Positions 26,044-39,639 of a DNA stretch of 64,000 bases are shown one piece after another. Position 1 is the first letter of the stretch. The number at the start of each line of letters is the position of its first letter. The stretch lies in assembly GCA_964016885.1 (NCBI GenBank), contig OZ024744.1:16554001-16618000 (forward strand), given 5' to 3'. The notes under the pieces are model-generated. The model saw only the letters and a list, made by a program, of their open reading frames with translations. It was not told the DNA's origin and made no database searches. Source of the DNA: Eledone cirrhosa (lineage: Eukaryota). Both the position numbers and the translations under genes were made by a program.

Positions 26044-29000
26044 TGTTCAGCTGAGGAATGTTTCCTGCTTTTACTGTGGTACTGTGTAAAGTGTACTGTT
26101 CACCTGAAGAATGTGTCCTGAGTTTACTTTAGTACTGTGTAAAGTGTACTGTTCACCTGAAAAATATGTCCTATGTTTACTGTAGTACTTTGTAAAGTGT
26201 ACTGTTCAGCTTACGAATGTGTCCTGTGTTTACTGTAGTACTGTGTACAGTGTAATGTTCACCTGAAGAATGTGTCCTGTGTTTACTTTAGTACTGTGTA
26301 AAGTGTACTGTTTACCTGAAGAATATGTCCTGTGTTTACTGTAGTACTTTGTAAAGTGTACTGTTCACATGAAGAATGTGTCCTGTGTTTACTGTAGTAC
26401 TGTGCAAAGTGTACTGTTCAACTGAAGAAGGTGTCCTGTGTTTACTGTAGTACTGTGTAAATTGTACTGTTCACGTGAAGAATGTGTTCTGTGTTGACTG
26501 TAGTACTGTGTAAAGTGTACTGTTCAGCTGAGGAATGTGTCCCGTGTTTACTGTAGTACTGTGTAAAATGTACTGTTCACCTGAGGAATGTGTCCTGTGT
26601 TTACTGTAGTACTGTGTAACATGTACTTTTCACCTGAGGAATGTGTCCTGTGTTTACTGTAGTAATGTGTAATGCGTACTGTTCACCTGAAGAATGTGTC
26701 CTGCGTTTACTGTAGTACTGTGTAAAATGTACTGTTCACCTGAGGAATGTGTCCTGTGTTTACTGTAGTACTGTGTAATGCGTACTGTTCAGCTGAAGAA
26801 TGTGTCCTGTGTTTACTGTAGTACTGTGTAAAGTGTACTGTTAAGCTGAGGAATGTGTCCTGTGTTTACTGTAGTACTGTGTAAAGCGTACTGTTCAGCT
26901 GAAGAATGTGTCCTGTGTTTACTGTAGTACTGTGTAATGTGTACTGTTCAGCTGATGAATTTGTTCTGTGTTTACTGTATTACTGTGTAAAGTGTACTGT
27001 TCACATGAAGAATGTGTCCTGTGTCTACTGTAGTACTGTGTAAAGTGTACTGTTCACCTGAAGAATGTGTCCTGTGTTTATTGTACTACTGTGTAAAGAG
27101 TACTGTTAAGCTGAAGAATGTGTCCTGTGTTTACTGTAGTACTGTGTAAAGCGTACTGTTCAGCTGAAGAATGTGTCCTGTGTTTACTGTGGTACTGTGT
27201 AAAGTATACTGTTCATCTGAAGAATGTGTCCTGTGTTTACTGTAGTACTGTGTAAAGTGTACTGTTCAGCTGAAGAAAGTGTCCTGTGTTTACTGTACTA
27301 CTGTGTAAAGTGTACTGTTCAGCTGAAGAATGTGTCCTGTGTTTACTGTAGTACTGTGTAAAGTGTACTGTTCACCTGAAGAATGTGTCCTGTGTTTACT
27401 GTGGTACTGTGTAAAGTATACTGTTCATCTGAAGAATGTGTCCTGTGTTTACTGTAGTACTGTGTAAAGTGTACTGTTCAGCTGAAGAAAGTGTCCTGTG
27501 TTTACTGTACTACTGTGTAAAGTGTACTGTTCAGCTGAAGAATGTGTCCTGTGTTTACTGTAGTACTGTGTAAAGTGTACTGTTCACCTGAAGAATGTGT
27601 CCTGTGTTTACTGTGGTAATGTGTAAAGTGTGCCGTTCAGCTGAAGAATATGTCCTGTGTTTAGTGTGGTACTGTGTAAAGTATACTGTTCACCTGAAGA
27701 ATATTTCCCGTGTTTACTTTAGTACTGTGAAAAGTGTACTCTTCACCTGAAGAATGTGTCCAGTGTTTACTGTAGTACTGTGTAAAGTGTAATGCACAGC
27801 TGAAGAAAGTGTCCTGTGTTTACTGTAGGACTGTGTAAAGTGTACTGTTCACCTGAAGAATGTGTACTGTGTTTACTGTAGTACTGTGTAAAGTGTACTC
27901 TTCACCTGAAGAATGTGTCCTGTGTCTACTGTTTTACGCTGGTACTGTGTAAAGCGTACTGTTTACCTGACGAATGTGTCCTGTGTTTACTGTAGAACTG
28001 TGTAAAGTGTACTGTTCAGCTGAGGAATGTGTCCTGTGTTTACTGTAGTACTGTGTAAAGTGTACTGTTCACCTGACGAATGTGTCCTGTGTTTACTGTA
28101 GTACTGTTTAAGATGTACTGTTCAGCTAACTAATGGTTTCTGTGTTTACTGTAGTACCGTGTAAAATGTACTCTTCACCTGAAGAATGTGTCCTGTGTTT
28201 ACTATCGTACTGTGTAAAGTGTACTCTTCACCTTAAGAATGTGTCCTGTGTTTACTGTAGTAATGTGTAAAGTGGACTGTTCACCTGAAGAATGTGTCCT
28301 GTGTTTACTGTAGTACTGTGTAAATTGTACTGTTCACATGAAGAATGTGTCCTGTGTTTATTGTAGTACTGTGTAAAATGTAGTGTTCAGCTGAAGAATG
28401 TGTCCTGTGTTTAATGTAGGACTGTGTAAATTGTACTGTTCACCTGAAGAATGTGTCCTGTGTTTACTGTAGTACTGTGTAAAATGTACTGTTCACTTGA
28501 GGAATGTGACCTGTGTTTACTGTAGTACTGTGTAACATGTACTGTTCACCTGAGGAATGTGTCCTGTGTTTACTGTAGTACTGTGTAATGCGTACTGTTC
28601 ACCTGAAGAATGTGTCCTGTGTTTACTGTAGTACTGTGTAAAGTGTACTGTTCACGTGAAGAATGTGTTCTGTGTTGACTGCAGTACTGTGTAAAGTGTA
28701 CTGTTCACCTGAAGAATGTGTCCTGTGTTCATTGTAGTACTGTGTAAAGTGTACTGTTCACCTGAAGAATGTGTCCTGTGTTTACTGTAGTACTGTGTAA
28801 AGTGTACTGTTTACCTGAAGAAAGTGTCCTGTGTTTACTGTAGTACTGTGTAAAGTGTACTGTTCACCTGAAGAATGTGTCCTGTGTTTACTTTAGTACT
28901 GTGGAAAGTGTACTGTTTACCTGAAGAAAGTGTCCTGTGTTTACTGTAGTACTGTGTAAAGTGTACTGTTCACCTGAAGAATGTGTCCTGTGTTTACTGT

Positions 29001-32000
29001 AGTACTGTGCAAATTGTACTGTTCACATAAAGAATGTGTCCTGTGTTTATTGTAGTACTCTGTAAAATGTAGTGTTCAGCTGAAGAATGTGTCCTGTGTT
29101 TAATGTAGGACTGTGTAAATCGTACTGTTCACCTGAAAAATGTGTCCTGTGTTTACTGTAGTACTGTGTAAAGTGTACTGTTCAGCTGAGGAATGTGTCC
29201 TGTGTATACTGTAGTACTGTGTAAAGTGTACAGTTCACCTTAAGAAAGTGACCCATGTTTACTGTAGTACTGTGTAAAGTGTACTCTTCACCTGAAGAAT
29301 ATGTCCTGTTTTTACTGTAGTACTGTGTAAAGTGTACTGTTCACCTGCAGAACGTGTCCTTTGTTTACTGTAGTACTGTGTAAAGTGTACTGTTCACCTG
29401 AAGAACGAGTCCTGTGTTTACTGTAGTACTGTGTAAAGTGTACTGTTCACCTGAAGAATGTGTCCTGTGTTTACTCTAGTACTGTGTAAAGTGTAATGTT
29501 CACCTGAAGAATGTGTCCTGTGTTTACTGTAGTACTGTGTAAAGTGTACTGTTCACCTGAAGAATGTGTCCCGTGTTTACTGTAGTACTCTGTACAGTGT
29601 ACTGTTCACCTGAAGAATATGTCCCGTGTTTTCTGTAGTACTATGTAAAGTGTACTGTTCAGCTGAGGAATGTGTCCTGTGTTTACTGAAGTACTGTGTA
29701 AAGCGTACTGTTTAGCTGAATAATGTGTCCAGTGTTTACTGTAGTACTGTGTAAAGTGTACTGTTCACCTGGCGAAAGTGTCCTGTGTTTATTGTAGTAC
29801 TGTGTAAAGTGTACTGTTCAGCTGATGAATGTGTCCTTTGTTTACTGTAGCAGTGTGTAAAGTGTACTGTTCAGCTGAGGAATGTGTCCTGTGTTTATTG
29901 TAGTACTGTGTAAATTGTACTATTCACCTGAGGAATGTGTCTTGTGTTTACTGTAGTACTGTGTACAGTGCACTGTTCAGCTGAGGAATGTGTTCTGCGT
30001 TTACTGTAGTACTGTGTAAATTGAACTATTTACCTCAGGAATGTGTCTTGTGTTTACTGTAGTACTGTGTAAAGTGTACTGATCACTTGAAGAATGTGTC
30101 CTGTGTTTACTGTAGTAATGTTTAAAGTGTACTGTTCACCTGAAGAATGTGTCCTGTGTTCATTGTAGTACTGTGTAAAGTGTACTGTTCACCTGAAGAA
30201 TGTGTCCTGTGTTTACTGTAGTACTGTGTAAAGTGTACTGTTTACCTGAAGAAAGTGTCCTGTGTTTACTGTAGTACTGTGTAAAGTGTACTGTTCACCT
30301 GAAGAATGTGTCCTGTGTTTACTTTAGTACTGTGTAAAGTGTACTGTTCACATGAAGAATGTGTCCTTTGTTTACTGTAGTACTGTGTAAAGTGTACTGT
30401 TCAGCTGAAGAATCTGTCCTGTGTTTACTGTACTACTGTGTACAGTGTACTGTTCACCTGAGGAATGTTTCCTGCGTTTATTTTAGTACGGTGGAAAGTG
30501 TACTGTTCACATGAAGAATGTGTCCTGTGTTTACTGTAGTACTCTGTAAAATGTACTGTTCAGCTAAGGAATGTGTCCTGTGTTTACTGTAGTACTGTGG
30601 AAAATGTACTGTTCACCTGAACAATGTGTCCTGTTTTTACTGTAGTACTGTGTAAATTGTACTGTACACCTGAAGAATGTGTTCTGTGTTGACTGTAGTA
30701 CTGTGTAAAGTGTAGTGTTCAGCTGAGGAATGTTTCCTGCGTTTACTGTGGTACTGTGTAAAGTGTACTGTTCACCTGAAGAATGTGTCCTGAGTTTACT
30801 TTAGTACTGTGTAAAGTGTACTGTTCACCTGAAGAATATGTCCTGTGTTTACTGTAGTACTTTGTAAAGTGTACTGTTCAGCTTACGAATGTTTTCCTGT
30901 GTTTACTGTAGTACTGTGTAAAGTGTACTGTTCACCTGAAGAATGTGTCCTGTGTTTACTTTAGTACTGTGTAGAGTGTACTGTTCACCTGAAGAATATG
31001 TCCTGTGTTTACTGTAGTACTTTGTAAAGTGTACTGTTCAGCTGACGAATGTGTCCTTTGTTTACTGTAGTACTGTGTAAAGTGTACTGTTCAACTGAAG
31101 AATGTGTCCTGTGTTTACTGTAGTACTGTGTAAATTGTACTGTTCACGTGAAGAATGTGTTCTGTGTTGACTGTAGTACTGTGTAAAGTGTACTGTTCAC
31201 CTGAGGAATGTTGCCTGCGTTTACTTTAGTACTGTGTAAAGTGTACTCTTCACCTGAAGAATATGTCCTGTGTTTACTGTAGTACTGTGTAAAATGTACT
31301 GTTCAGCTGAGGAATGTGTCCCGTGTTTACTGTAGTACTGTGTAAAATGTACTGTTCACCTGAGGAATGTGTCCTGTGTTTACTGTAGTACTGTGTAACA
31401 TGTACTTTTCACCTGAGGAATGTGTCCTGTGTTTACTGTAGTACTGTGTAATGCGTACTGTTCACCTGAAGAATGTGTCCTGCGTTTACTGTAGTACTGT
31501 GTAATGCGTACTGTTCAGCTGAAGAATGTGTCCTGTGTTTACTGTAGTACTGTGTAAAGTGTACTGTTAAGCTGAGGAATGTGTCCTGAGTTTACTGTAG
31601 TACTGTGTAATGTGTACTGTTCAGCTGATGAATTTGTTCTGTGTTTACTGTATTACTGTGTAAAGTGTACTGTTCACATGAAGAATGTGTCCTGTGTCTA
31701 CTGTAGTACTGTGTAAAGTGTACTGTTCACCTGAAGAATGTGTCCTGTGTTTACTGTACTACTGTGTAAAGTGTACTGTTCAGCTGAAGAATGTGTCCTG
31801 TGTTTACTGTAGTACTGTGTAAAGCGTACTGTTCAGCTGAAGAATGTGTCCTGTGTTTACTGTGGTACTGTGTAAAGTATACTGTTCAGCTGAGGAATGT
31901 TTCCTGCTTTTACTGTGGTACTGTGTAAAGTGTACTGTTCACCTGAAGAATGTGTCCTGAGTTTACTTTAGTACTGTGTAAAGTGTACTGTTCACCTGAA

Positions 32001-35000
32001 AAATATGTCCTATGTTTACTGTAGTACTTTGTAAAGTGTACTGTTCAGCTTACGAATGTGTCCTGTGTTTACTGTAGTACTGTGTACAGTGTAATGTTCA
32101 CCTGAAGAATGTGTCCTGTGTTTACTTTAGTACTGTGTAAAGTGTACTGTTTACCTGAAGAATATGTCCTGTGTTTACTGTAGTACTTTGTAAAGTGTAC
32201 TGTTCACATGAAGAATGTGTCCTGTGTTTACTGTAGTACTGTGCAAAGTGTACTGTTCAACTGAAGAATGTGTCCTGTGTTTACTGTAGTACTGTGTAAA
32301 TTGTACTGTTCACGTGAAGAATGTGTTCTGTGTTGACTGTAGTACTGTGTAAAGTGTACTGTTCAGCTGAGGAATGTGTCCCGTGTTTACTGTAGTACTG
32401 TGTAAAATGTACTGTTCACCTGAGGAATGTGTCCTGTGTTTACTGTAGTACTGTGTAACATGTACTTTTCACCTGAGGAATGTGTCCTGTGTTTACTGTA
32501 GTAATGTGTAATGCGTACTGTTCACCTGAAGAATGTGTCCTGCGTTTACTGTAGTACTGTGTAAAATGTACTGTTCACCTGAGGAATGTGTCCTGTGTTT
32601 ACTGTAGTACTGTGTAATGCGTACTGTTCAGCTGAAGAATGTGTCCTGTGTTTACTGTAGTACTGTGTAAAGTGTACTGTTAAGCTGAGGAATGTGTCCT
32701 GTGTTTACTGTAGTACTGTGTAAAGCGTACTGTTCAGCTGAAGAATGTGTCCTGTGTTTACTGTAGTACTGTGTAATGTGTACTGTTCAGCTGATGAATT
32801 TGTTCTGTGTTTACTGTATTACTGTGTAAAGTGTACTGTTCACATGAAGAATGTGTCCTGTGTCTACTGTAGTACTGTGTAAAGTGTACTGTTCACCTGA
32901 AGAATGTGTCCTGTGTTTATTGTACTACTGTGTAAAGAGTACTGTTAAGCTGAAGAATGTGTCCTGTGTTTACTGTAGTACTGTGTAAAGCGTACTGTTC
33001 AGCTGAAGAATGTGTCCTGTGTTTACTGTGGTACTGTGTAAAGTATACTGTTCATCTGAAGAATGTGTCCTGTGTTTACTGTAGTACTGTGTAAAGTGTA
33101 CTGTTCAGCTGAAGAAAGTGTCCTGTGTTTACTGTACTACTGTGTAAAGTGTACTGTTCAGCTGAAGAATGTGTCCTGTGTTTACTGTAGTACTGTGTAA
33201 AGTGTACTGTTCACCTGAAGAATGTGTCCTGTGTTTACTGTGGTACTGTGTAAAGTATACTGTTCATCTGAAGAATGTGTCCTGTGTTTACTGTAGTACT
33301 GTGTAAAGTGTACTGTTCAGCTGAAGAAAGTGTCCTGTGTTTACTGTACTACTGTGTAAAGTGTACTGTTCAGCTGAAGAATGTGTCCTGTGTTTACTGT
33401 AGTACTGTGTAAAGTGTACTGTTCACCTGAAGAATGTGTCCTGTGTTTACTGTGGTAATGTGTAAAGTGTGCCGTTCAGCTGAAGAATATGTCCTGTGTT
33501 TAGTGTGGTACTGTGTAAAGTATACTGTTCACCTGAAGAATATTTCCCGTGTTTACTTTAGTACTGTGAAAAGTGTACTCTTCACCTGAAGAATGTGTCC
33601 AGTGTTTACTGTAGTACTGTGTAAAGTGTAATGCACAGCTGAAGAAAGTGTCCTGTGTTTACTGTAGGACTGTGTAAAGTGTACTGTTCACCTGAAGAAT
33701 GTGTACTGTGTTTACTGTAGTACTGTGTAAAGTGTACTCTTCACCTGAAGAATGTGTCCTGTGTCTACTGTTTTACGCTGGTACTGTGTAAAGCGTACTG
33801 TTTACCTGACGAATGTGTCCTGTGTTTACTGTAGAACTGTGTAAAGTGTACTGTTCAGCTGAGGAATGTGTCCTGTGTTTACTGTAGTACTGTGTAAAGT
33901 GTACTGTTCACCTGACGAATGTGTCCTGTGTTTACTGTAGTACTGTTTAAGATGTACTGTTCAGCTAACTAATGGTTTCTGTGTTTACTGTAGTACCGTG
34001 TAAAATGTACTCTTCACCTGAAGAATGTGTCCTGTGTTTACTATCGTACTGTGTAAAGTGTACTCTTCACCTTAAGAATGTGTCCTGTGTTTACTGTAGT
34101 AATGTGTAAAGTGGACTGTTCACCTGAAGAATGTGTCCTGTGTTTACTGTAGTACTGTGTAAATTGTACTGTTCACATGAAGAATGTGTCCTGTGTTTAT
34201 TGTAGTACTGTGTAAAATGTAGTGTTCAGCTGAAGAATGTGTCCTGTGTTTAATGTAGGACTGTGTAAATTGTACTGTTCACCTGAAGAATGTGTCCTGT
34301 GTTTACTGTAGTACTGTGTAAAATGTACTGTTCACTTGAGGAATGTGACCTGTGTTTACTGTAGTACTGTGTAACATGTACTGTTCACCTGAGGAATGTG
34401 TCCTGTGTTTACTGTAGTACTGTGTAATGCGTACTGTTCACCTGAAGAATGTGTCCTGTGTTTACTGTAGTACTGTGTAAAGTGTACTGTTCACGTGAAG
34501 AATGTGTTCTGTGTTGACTGCAGTACTGTGTAAAGTGTACTGTTCACCTGAAGAATGTGTCCTGTGTTCATTGTAGTACTGTGTAAAGTGTACTGTTCAC
34601 CTGAAGAATGTGTCCTGTGTTTACTGTAGTACTGTGTAAAGTGTACTGTTTACCTGAAGAAAGTGTCCTGTGTTTACTGTAGTACTGTGTAAAGTGTACT
34701 GTTCACCTGAAGAATGTGTCCTGTGTTTACTTTAGTACTGTGGAAAGTGTACTGTTTACCTGAAGAAAGTGTCCTGTGTTTACTGTAGTACTGTGTAAAG
34801 TGTACTGTTCACCTGAAGAATGTGTCCTGTGTTTACTGTAGTACTGTGCAAATTGTACTGTTCACATAAAGAATGTGTCCTGTGTTTATTGTAGTACTCT
34901 GTAAAATGTAGTGTTCAGCTGAAGAATGTGTCCTGTGTTTAATGTAGGACTGTGTAAATCGTACTGTTCACCTGAAAAATGTGTCCTGTGTTTACTGTAG

Positions 35001-37721
35001 TACTGTGTAAAGTGTACTGTTCAGCTGAGGAATGTGTCCTGTGTATACTGTAGTACTGTGTAAAGTGTACAGTTCACCTTAAGAAAGTGACCCATGTTTA
35101 CTGTAGTACTGTGTAAAGTGTACTCTTCACCTGAAGAATATGTCCTGTTTTTACTGTAGTACTGTGTAAAGTGTACTGTTCACCTGCAGAACGTGTCCTT
35201 TGTTTACTGTAGTACTGTGTAAAGTGTACTGTTCACCTGAAGAACGAGTCCTGTGTTTACTGTAGTACTGTGTAAAGTGTACTGTTCACCTGAAGAATGT
35301 GTCCTGTGTTTACTCTAGTACTGTGTAAAGTGTAATGTTCACCTGAAGAATGTGTCCTGTGTTTACTGTAGTACTGTGTAAAGTGTACTGTTCACCTGAA
35401 GAATGTGTCCCGTGTTTACTGTAGTACTCTGTACAGTGTACTGTTCACCTGAAGAATATGTCCCGTGTTTTCTGTAGTACTATGTAAAGTGTACTGTTCA
35501 GCTGAGGAATGTGTCCTGTGTTTACTGAAGTACTGTGTAAAGCGTACTGTTTAGCTGAATAATGTGTCCAGTGTTTACTGTAGTACTGTGTAAAGTGTAC
35601 TGTTCACCTGGCGAAAGTGTCCTGTGTTTATTGTAGTACTGTGTAAAGTGTACTGTTCAGCTGATGAATGTGTCCTTTGTTTACTGTAGCAGTGTGTAAA
35701 GTGTACTGTTCAGCTGAGGAATGTGTCCTGTGTTTATTGTAGTACTGTGTAAATTGTACTATTCACCTGAGGAATGTGTCTTGTGTTTACTGTAGTACTG
35801 TGTACAGTGCACTGTTCAGCTGAGGAATGTGTTCTGCGTTTACTGTAGTACTGTGTAAATTGAACTATTTACCTCAGGAATGTGTCTTGTGTTTACTGTA
35901 GTACTGTGTAAAGTGTACTGATCACTTGAAGAATGTGTCCTGTGTTTACTGTAGTAATGTTTAAAGTGTACTGTTCACCTGAAGAATGTGTCCTGTGTTC
36001 ATTGTAGTACTGTGTAAAGTGTACTGTTCACCTGAAGAATGTGTCCTGTGTTTACTGTAGTACTGTGTAAAGTGTACTGTTTACCTGAAGAAAGTGTCCT
36101 GTGTTTACTGTAGTACTGTGTAAAGTGTACTGTTCACCTGAAGAATGTGTCCTGTGTTTACTTTAGTACTGTGTAAAGTGTACTGTTCACATGAAGAATG
36201 TGTCCTTTGTTTACTGTAGTACTGTGTAAAGTGTACTGTTCAGCTGAAGAATCTGTCCTGTGTTTACTGTACTACTGTGTACAGTGTACTGTTCACCTGA
36301 GGAATGTTTCCTGCGTTTATTTTAGTACGGTGGAAAGTGTACTGTTCACATGAAGAATGTGTCCTGTGTTTACTGTAGTACTCTGTAAAATGTACTGTTC
36401 AGCTAAGGAATGTGTCCTGTGTTTACTGTAGTACTGTGGAAAATGTACTGTTCACCTGAACAATGTGTCCTGTTTTTACTGTAGTACTGTGTAAATTGTA
36501 CTGTACACCTGAAGAATGTGTTCTGTGTTGACTGTAGTACTGTGTAAAGTGTAGTGTTCAGCTGAGGAATGTTTCCTGCGTTTACTGTGGTACTGTGTAA
36601 AGTGTACTGTTCACCTGAAGAATGTGTCCTGAGTTTACTTTAGTACTGTGTAAAGTGTACTGTTCACCTGAAGAATATGTCCTGTGTTTACTGTAGTACT
36701 TTGTAAAGTGTACTGTTCAGCTTACGAATGTTTTCCTGTGTTTACTGTAGTACTGTGTAAAGTGTACTGTTCACCTGAAGAATGTGTCCTGTGTTTACTT
36801 TAGTACTGTGTAGAGTGTACTGTTCACCTGAAGAATATGTCCTGTGTTTACTGTAGTACTTTGTAAAGTGTACTGTTCAGCTGACGAATGTGTCCTTTGT
36901 TTACTGTAGTACTGTGTAAAGTGTACTGTTCAACTGAAGAATGTGTCCTGTGTTTACTGTAGTACTGTGTAAATTGTACTGTTCACGTGAAGAATGTGTT
37001 CTGTGTTGACTGTAGTACTGTGTAAAGTGTACTGTTCACCTGAGGAATGTTGCCTGCGTTTACTTTAGTACTGTGTAAAGTGTACTCTTCACCTGAAGAA
37101 TATGTCCTGTGTTTACTGTAGTACTGTGTAAAATGTACTGTTCAGCTGAGGAATGTGTCCCGTGTTTACTGTAGTACTGTGTAAAATGTACTGTTCACCT
37201 GAGGAATGTGTCCTGTGTTTACTGTAGTACTGTGTAACATGTACTTTTCACCTGAGGAATGTGTCCTGTGTTTACTGTAGTACTGTGTAATGCGTACTGT
37301 TCACCTGAAGAATGTGTCCTGCGTTTACTGTAGTACTGTGTAATGCGTACTGTTCAGCTGAAGAATGTGTCCTGTGTTTACTGTAGTACTGTGTAAAGTG
37401 TACTGTTAAGCTGAGGAATGTGTCCTGAGTTTACTGTAGTACTGTGTAATGTGTACTGTTCAGCTGAAGAATTTGTTCTGTGTTTACTGTATTACTGTGT
37501 AAAGTGTACTGTTCACATGAAGAATGTGTCCTGTGTCTACTGTAGTACTGTGTAAAGTGTACTGTTCACCTGAAGAATGTGTCCTGTGTTTACTGTACTA
37601 CTGTGTAAAGTGTACTGTTCAGCTGAAGAATGTGTCCTGTGTTTACTGTAGTACTGTGTAAAGCGTACTGTTCAGCTGAAGAATGTGTCCTGTGTTTACT
37701 GTGGTACTGTGTAAAGTATAC
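26044..37721. repeat. Near-identical tandem segmental duplication, 2 x 5,839 bp (110 monomers + 9 bp): 26044-31882 and 31883-37721
   Basis: Rare variants recur at a constant offset of 5,839: TTTACGCT 27933/33772, CAGCTGAGGAATGTTTCCTGCTTT 26048/31887, and the +1 T insertion at about 30892/36731. 5,839 = 110x53 + 8 + 1. I found two differences by eye (26430 G vs 32269 T; 31629 T vs 37468 A). Confidence 0.95.
27185..27610. repeat. Local 4-monomer (212 bp) tandem duplication, also present in the second 5.8-kb copy at ~33025-33450
   Basis: The series GTGG...GTATAC...CATCTG...GAAAGTG...GTACTACT begins at 27191 and again at 27403 (212 bp apart). Confidence 0.85.
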
Positions 37722-39639
37722 TGTTCATCTGAAGAATGTGTCCTGTGTTTACTGTAGTACTGTGTAAAGTGTACTGTTCAGCTGAAGAAAGTGTCCTGTG
37801 TTTACTGTACTACTGTGTAAAGTGTACTGTTCAGCTGAAGAATGTGTCCTGTGTTTACTGTAGTACTGTGTAAAGTGTACTGTTCACCTGAAGAATGTGT
37901 CCTGTGTTTACTGTGGTACTGTGTAAAGTATACTGTACATCTGATGAATGTGTCCTGTGTCTACTGTTTTACGCTGGTACTGTGTAAAGCGTACTGTTTA
38001 CCTGAAGAATGTGTCCTGTGTTTACTGTATAACTGTGTAAAGTGTACTGTTCAGCTGAGGAATGTGTCCTGTGTTTACTGTAGTACTGTGTAAAGTGTAC
38101 TGTTCACCTGACGAATGTGTCCTGTGTTTACTGTAGTACTGTGTAAGATGTACTGTTCAGCTAACTAATGGTTCCTGTGTTTACTGTAGTACCGTGTAAA
38201 ATGTACTGTTCACCTGAAGAATATGTCCTCTGTTTAACATAGTAATGTGTAAAGTGTACTGTTCACCTGCAGAATGTGTCCTGTGTTTACTGTGGTACTG
38301 TGTAAAGTGTACTGTTCAGCTGAAGAATGTGTCCTATGTTTACTATCGTACTGTGTAAAGTGTACTCTTCACCTTAAGAATGTGTCCTGTGTTTACTGTA
38401 GTAATGTGTAAAGTGTACTGTTCACATGAAGAATGTGTCCTGTGTTTATTGTAGTACTGTGTAAAATGTAGTGTTCAGCTGAAGAATGTGTCCTGTGTTT
38501 AATGTAGGACTGTGTAAATTGTACTGTTCACCTGAAGAATGTGTCCTGTGTTTACTGTAGTACTGTGTAAAATGTACTGTTCACTTGAGGAATGTGTCCT
38601 GTGTTTACTGTAGTACTGTGTAACATGTACTGTTCACCTGAGGAATGTGTCCTGTGTTTACTGTAGTACTGTGTAATGCGTACTGTTCACCTGAAGAATG
38701 TGTCCTGTGTTTACTGTAGTACTGTGTAAAGTGTACTGTTCACGCGAAGAATGTGTTCTGTGTTGACTGCAGTACTGTGTAAAGTGTACTGTTCACCTGA
38801 AGAATGTGTCCTGTCTTTACTGTAGTACTGTGTAAATTGTACTGTACACGTGAAGAATGTGTTCTGTGTTGACTGTAGTACTGTGTAACGTGTAGTGTTC
38901 AGCTGAGGAATGTTTCCTGCGTTTACTGTGGTACTGTGTAAAGTGTACTGTTCACCTGAAGAATGTGTCCTGTGTTTACTTTAGTACTGTGGAAAGTGTA
39001 CTGTTCACCTGAAGAATATGTCCTGTGTTTACTGTAGTACTTTGTAAAGGGTACTGTTCAGCTGACGAATGTGTCCTGTGTTTACTGTAGTACTGTGTAA
39101 AGTGTACTGTTCAGCTGACGAATGTGTCCTGTGTTTACTGTAGTACTGTGTATAGTGTACTGTTCACGTGAAGAATGTGTCCTGTGTTTACTTTAGTACT
39201 GTGTAAAGTGTACTGTTCACCTGAGGAATGTTTCCTGCGTTTACTTTAGTACCGTGTAAAATGTACTGTTCACCTGAAGAACGTGTCCTGTGTTTCCTGT
39301 AGTACTGTGTAAAATGTACTGTTCAGCTGAGGAATGTCTCCCGTGTTTACTGTAGTACTGTGTAAAATGTACTGTTCACCTGAGGAATGTGTCCTGTGTT
39401 TACTGTAGTACTGTGTAACATGTACTGTTCACCTGAAGAATGTGTCCTGTGTTTACTGTAGTACTGTGTAATGCGTACTGTTCACCTGAAGAATGTGTCC
39501 TGCGTTTACTGTAGTACTGTGTAAAATGTACTGTTCACCTGAGGAATGTGTCCTGTGTTTACTGTAGTACTGTGTAATGCGTACTGTTCAGCTGAAGAAT
39601 GTGTCCTGTGTTTACTGTAGTACTGTGTAAAGTGTACTG

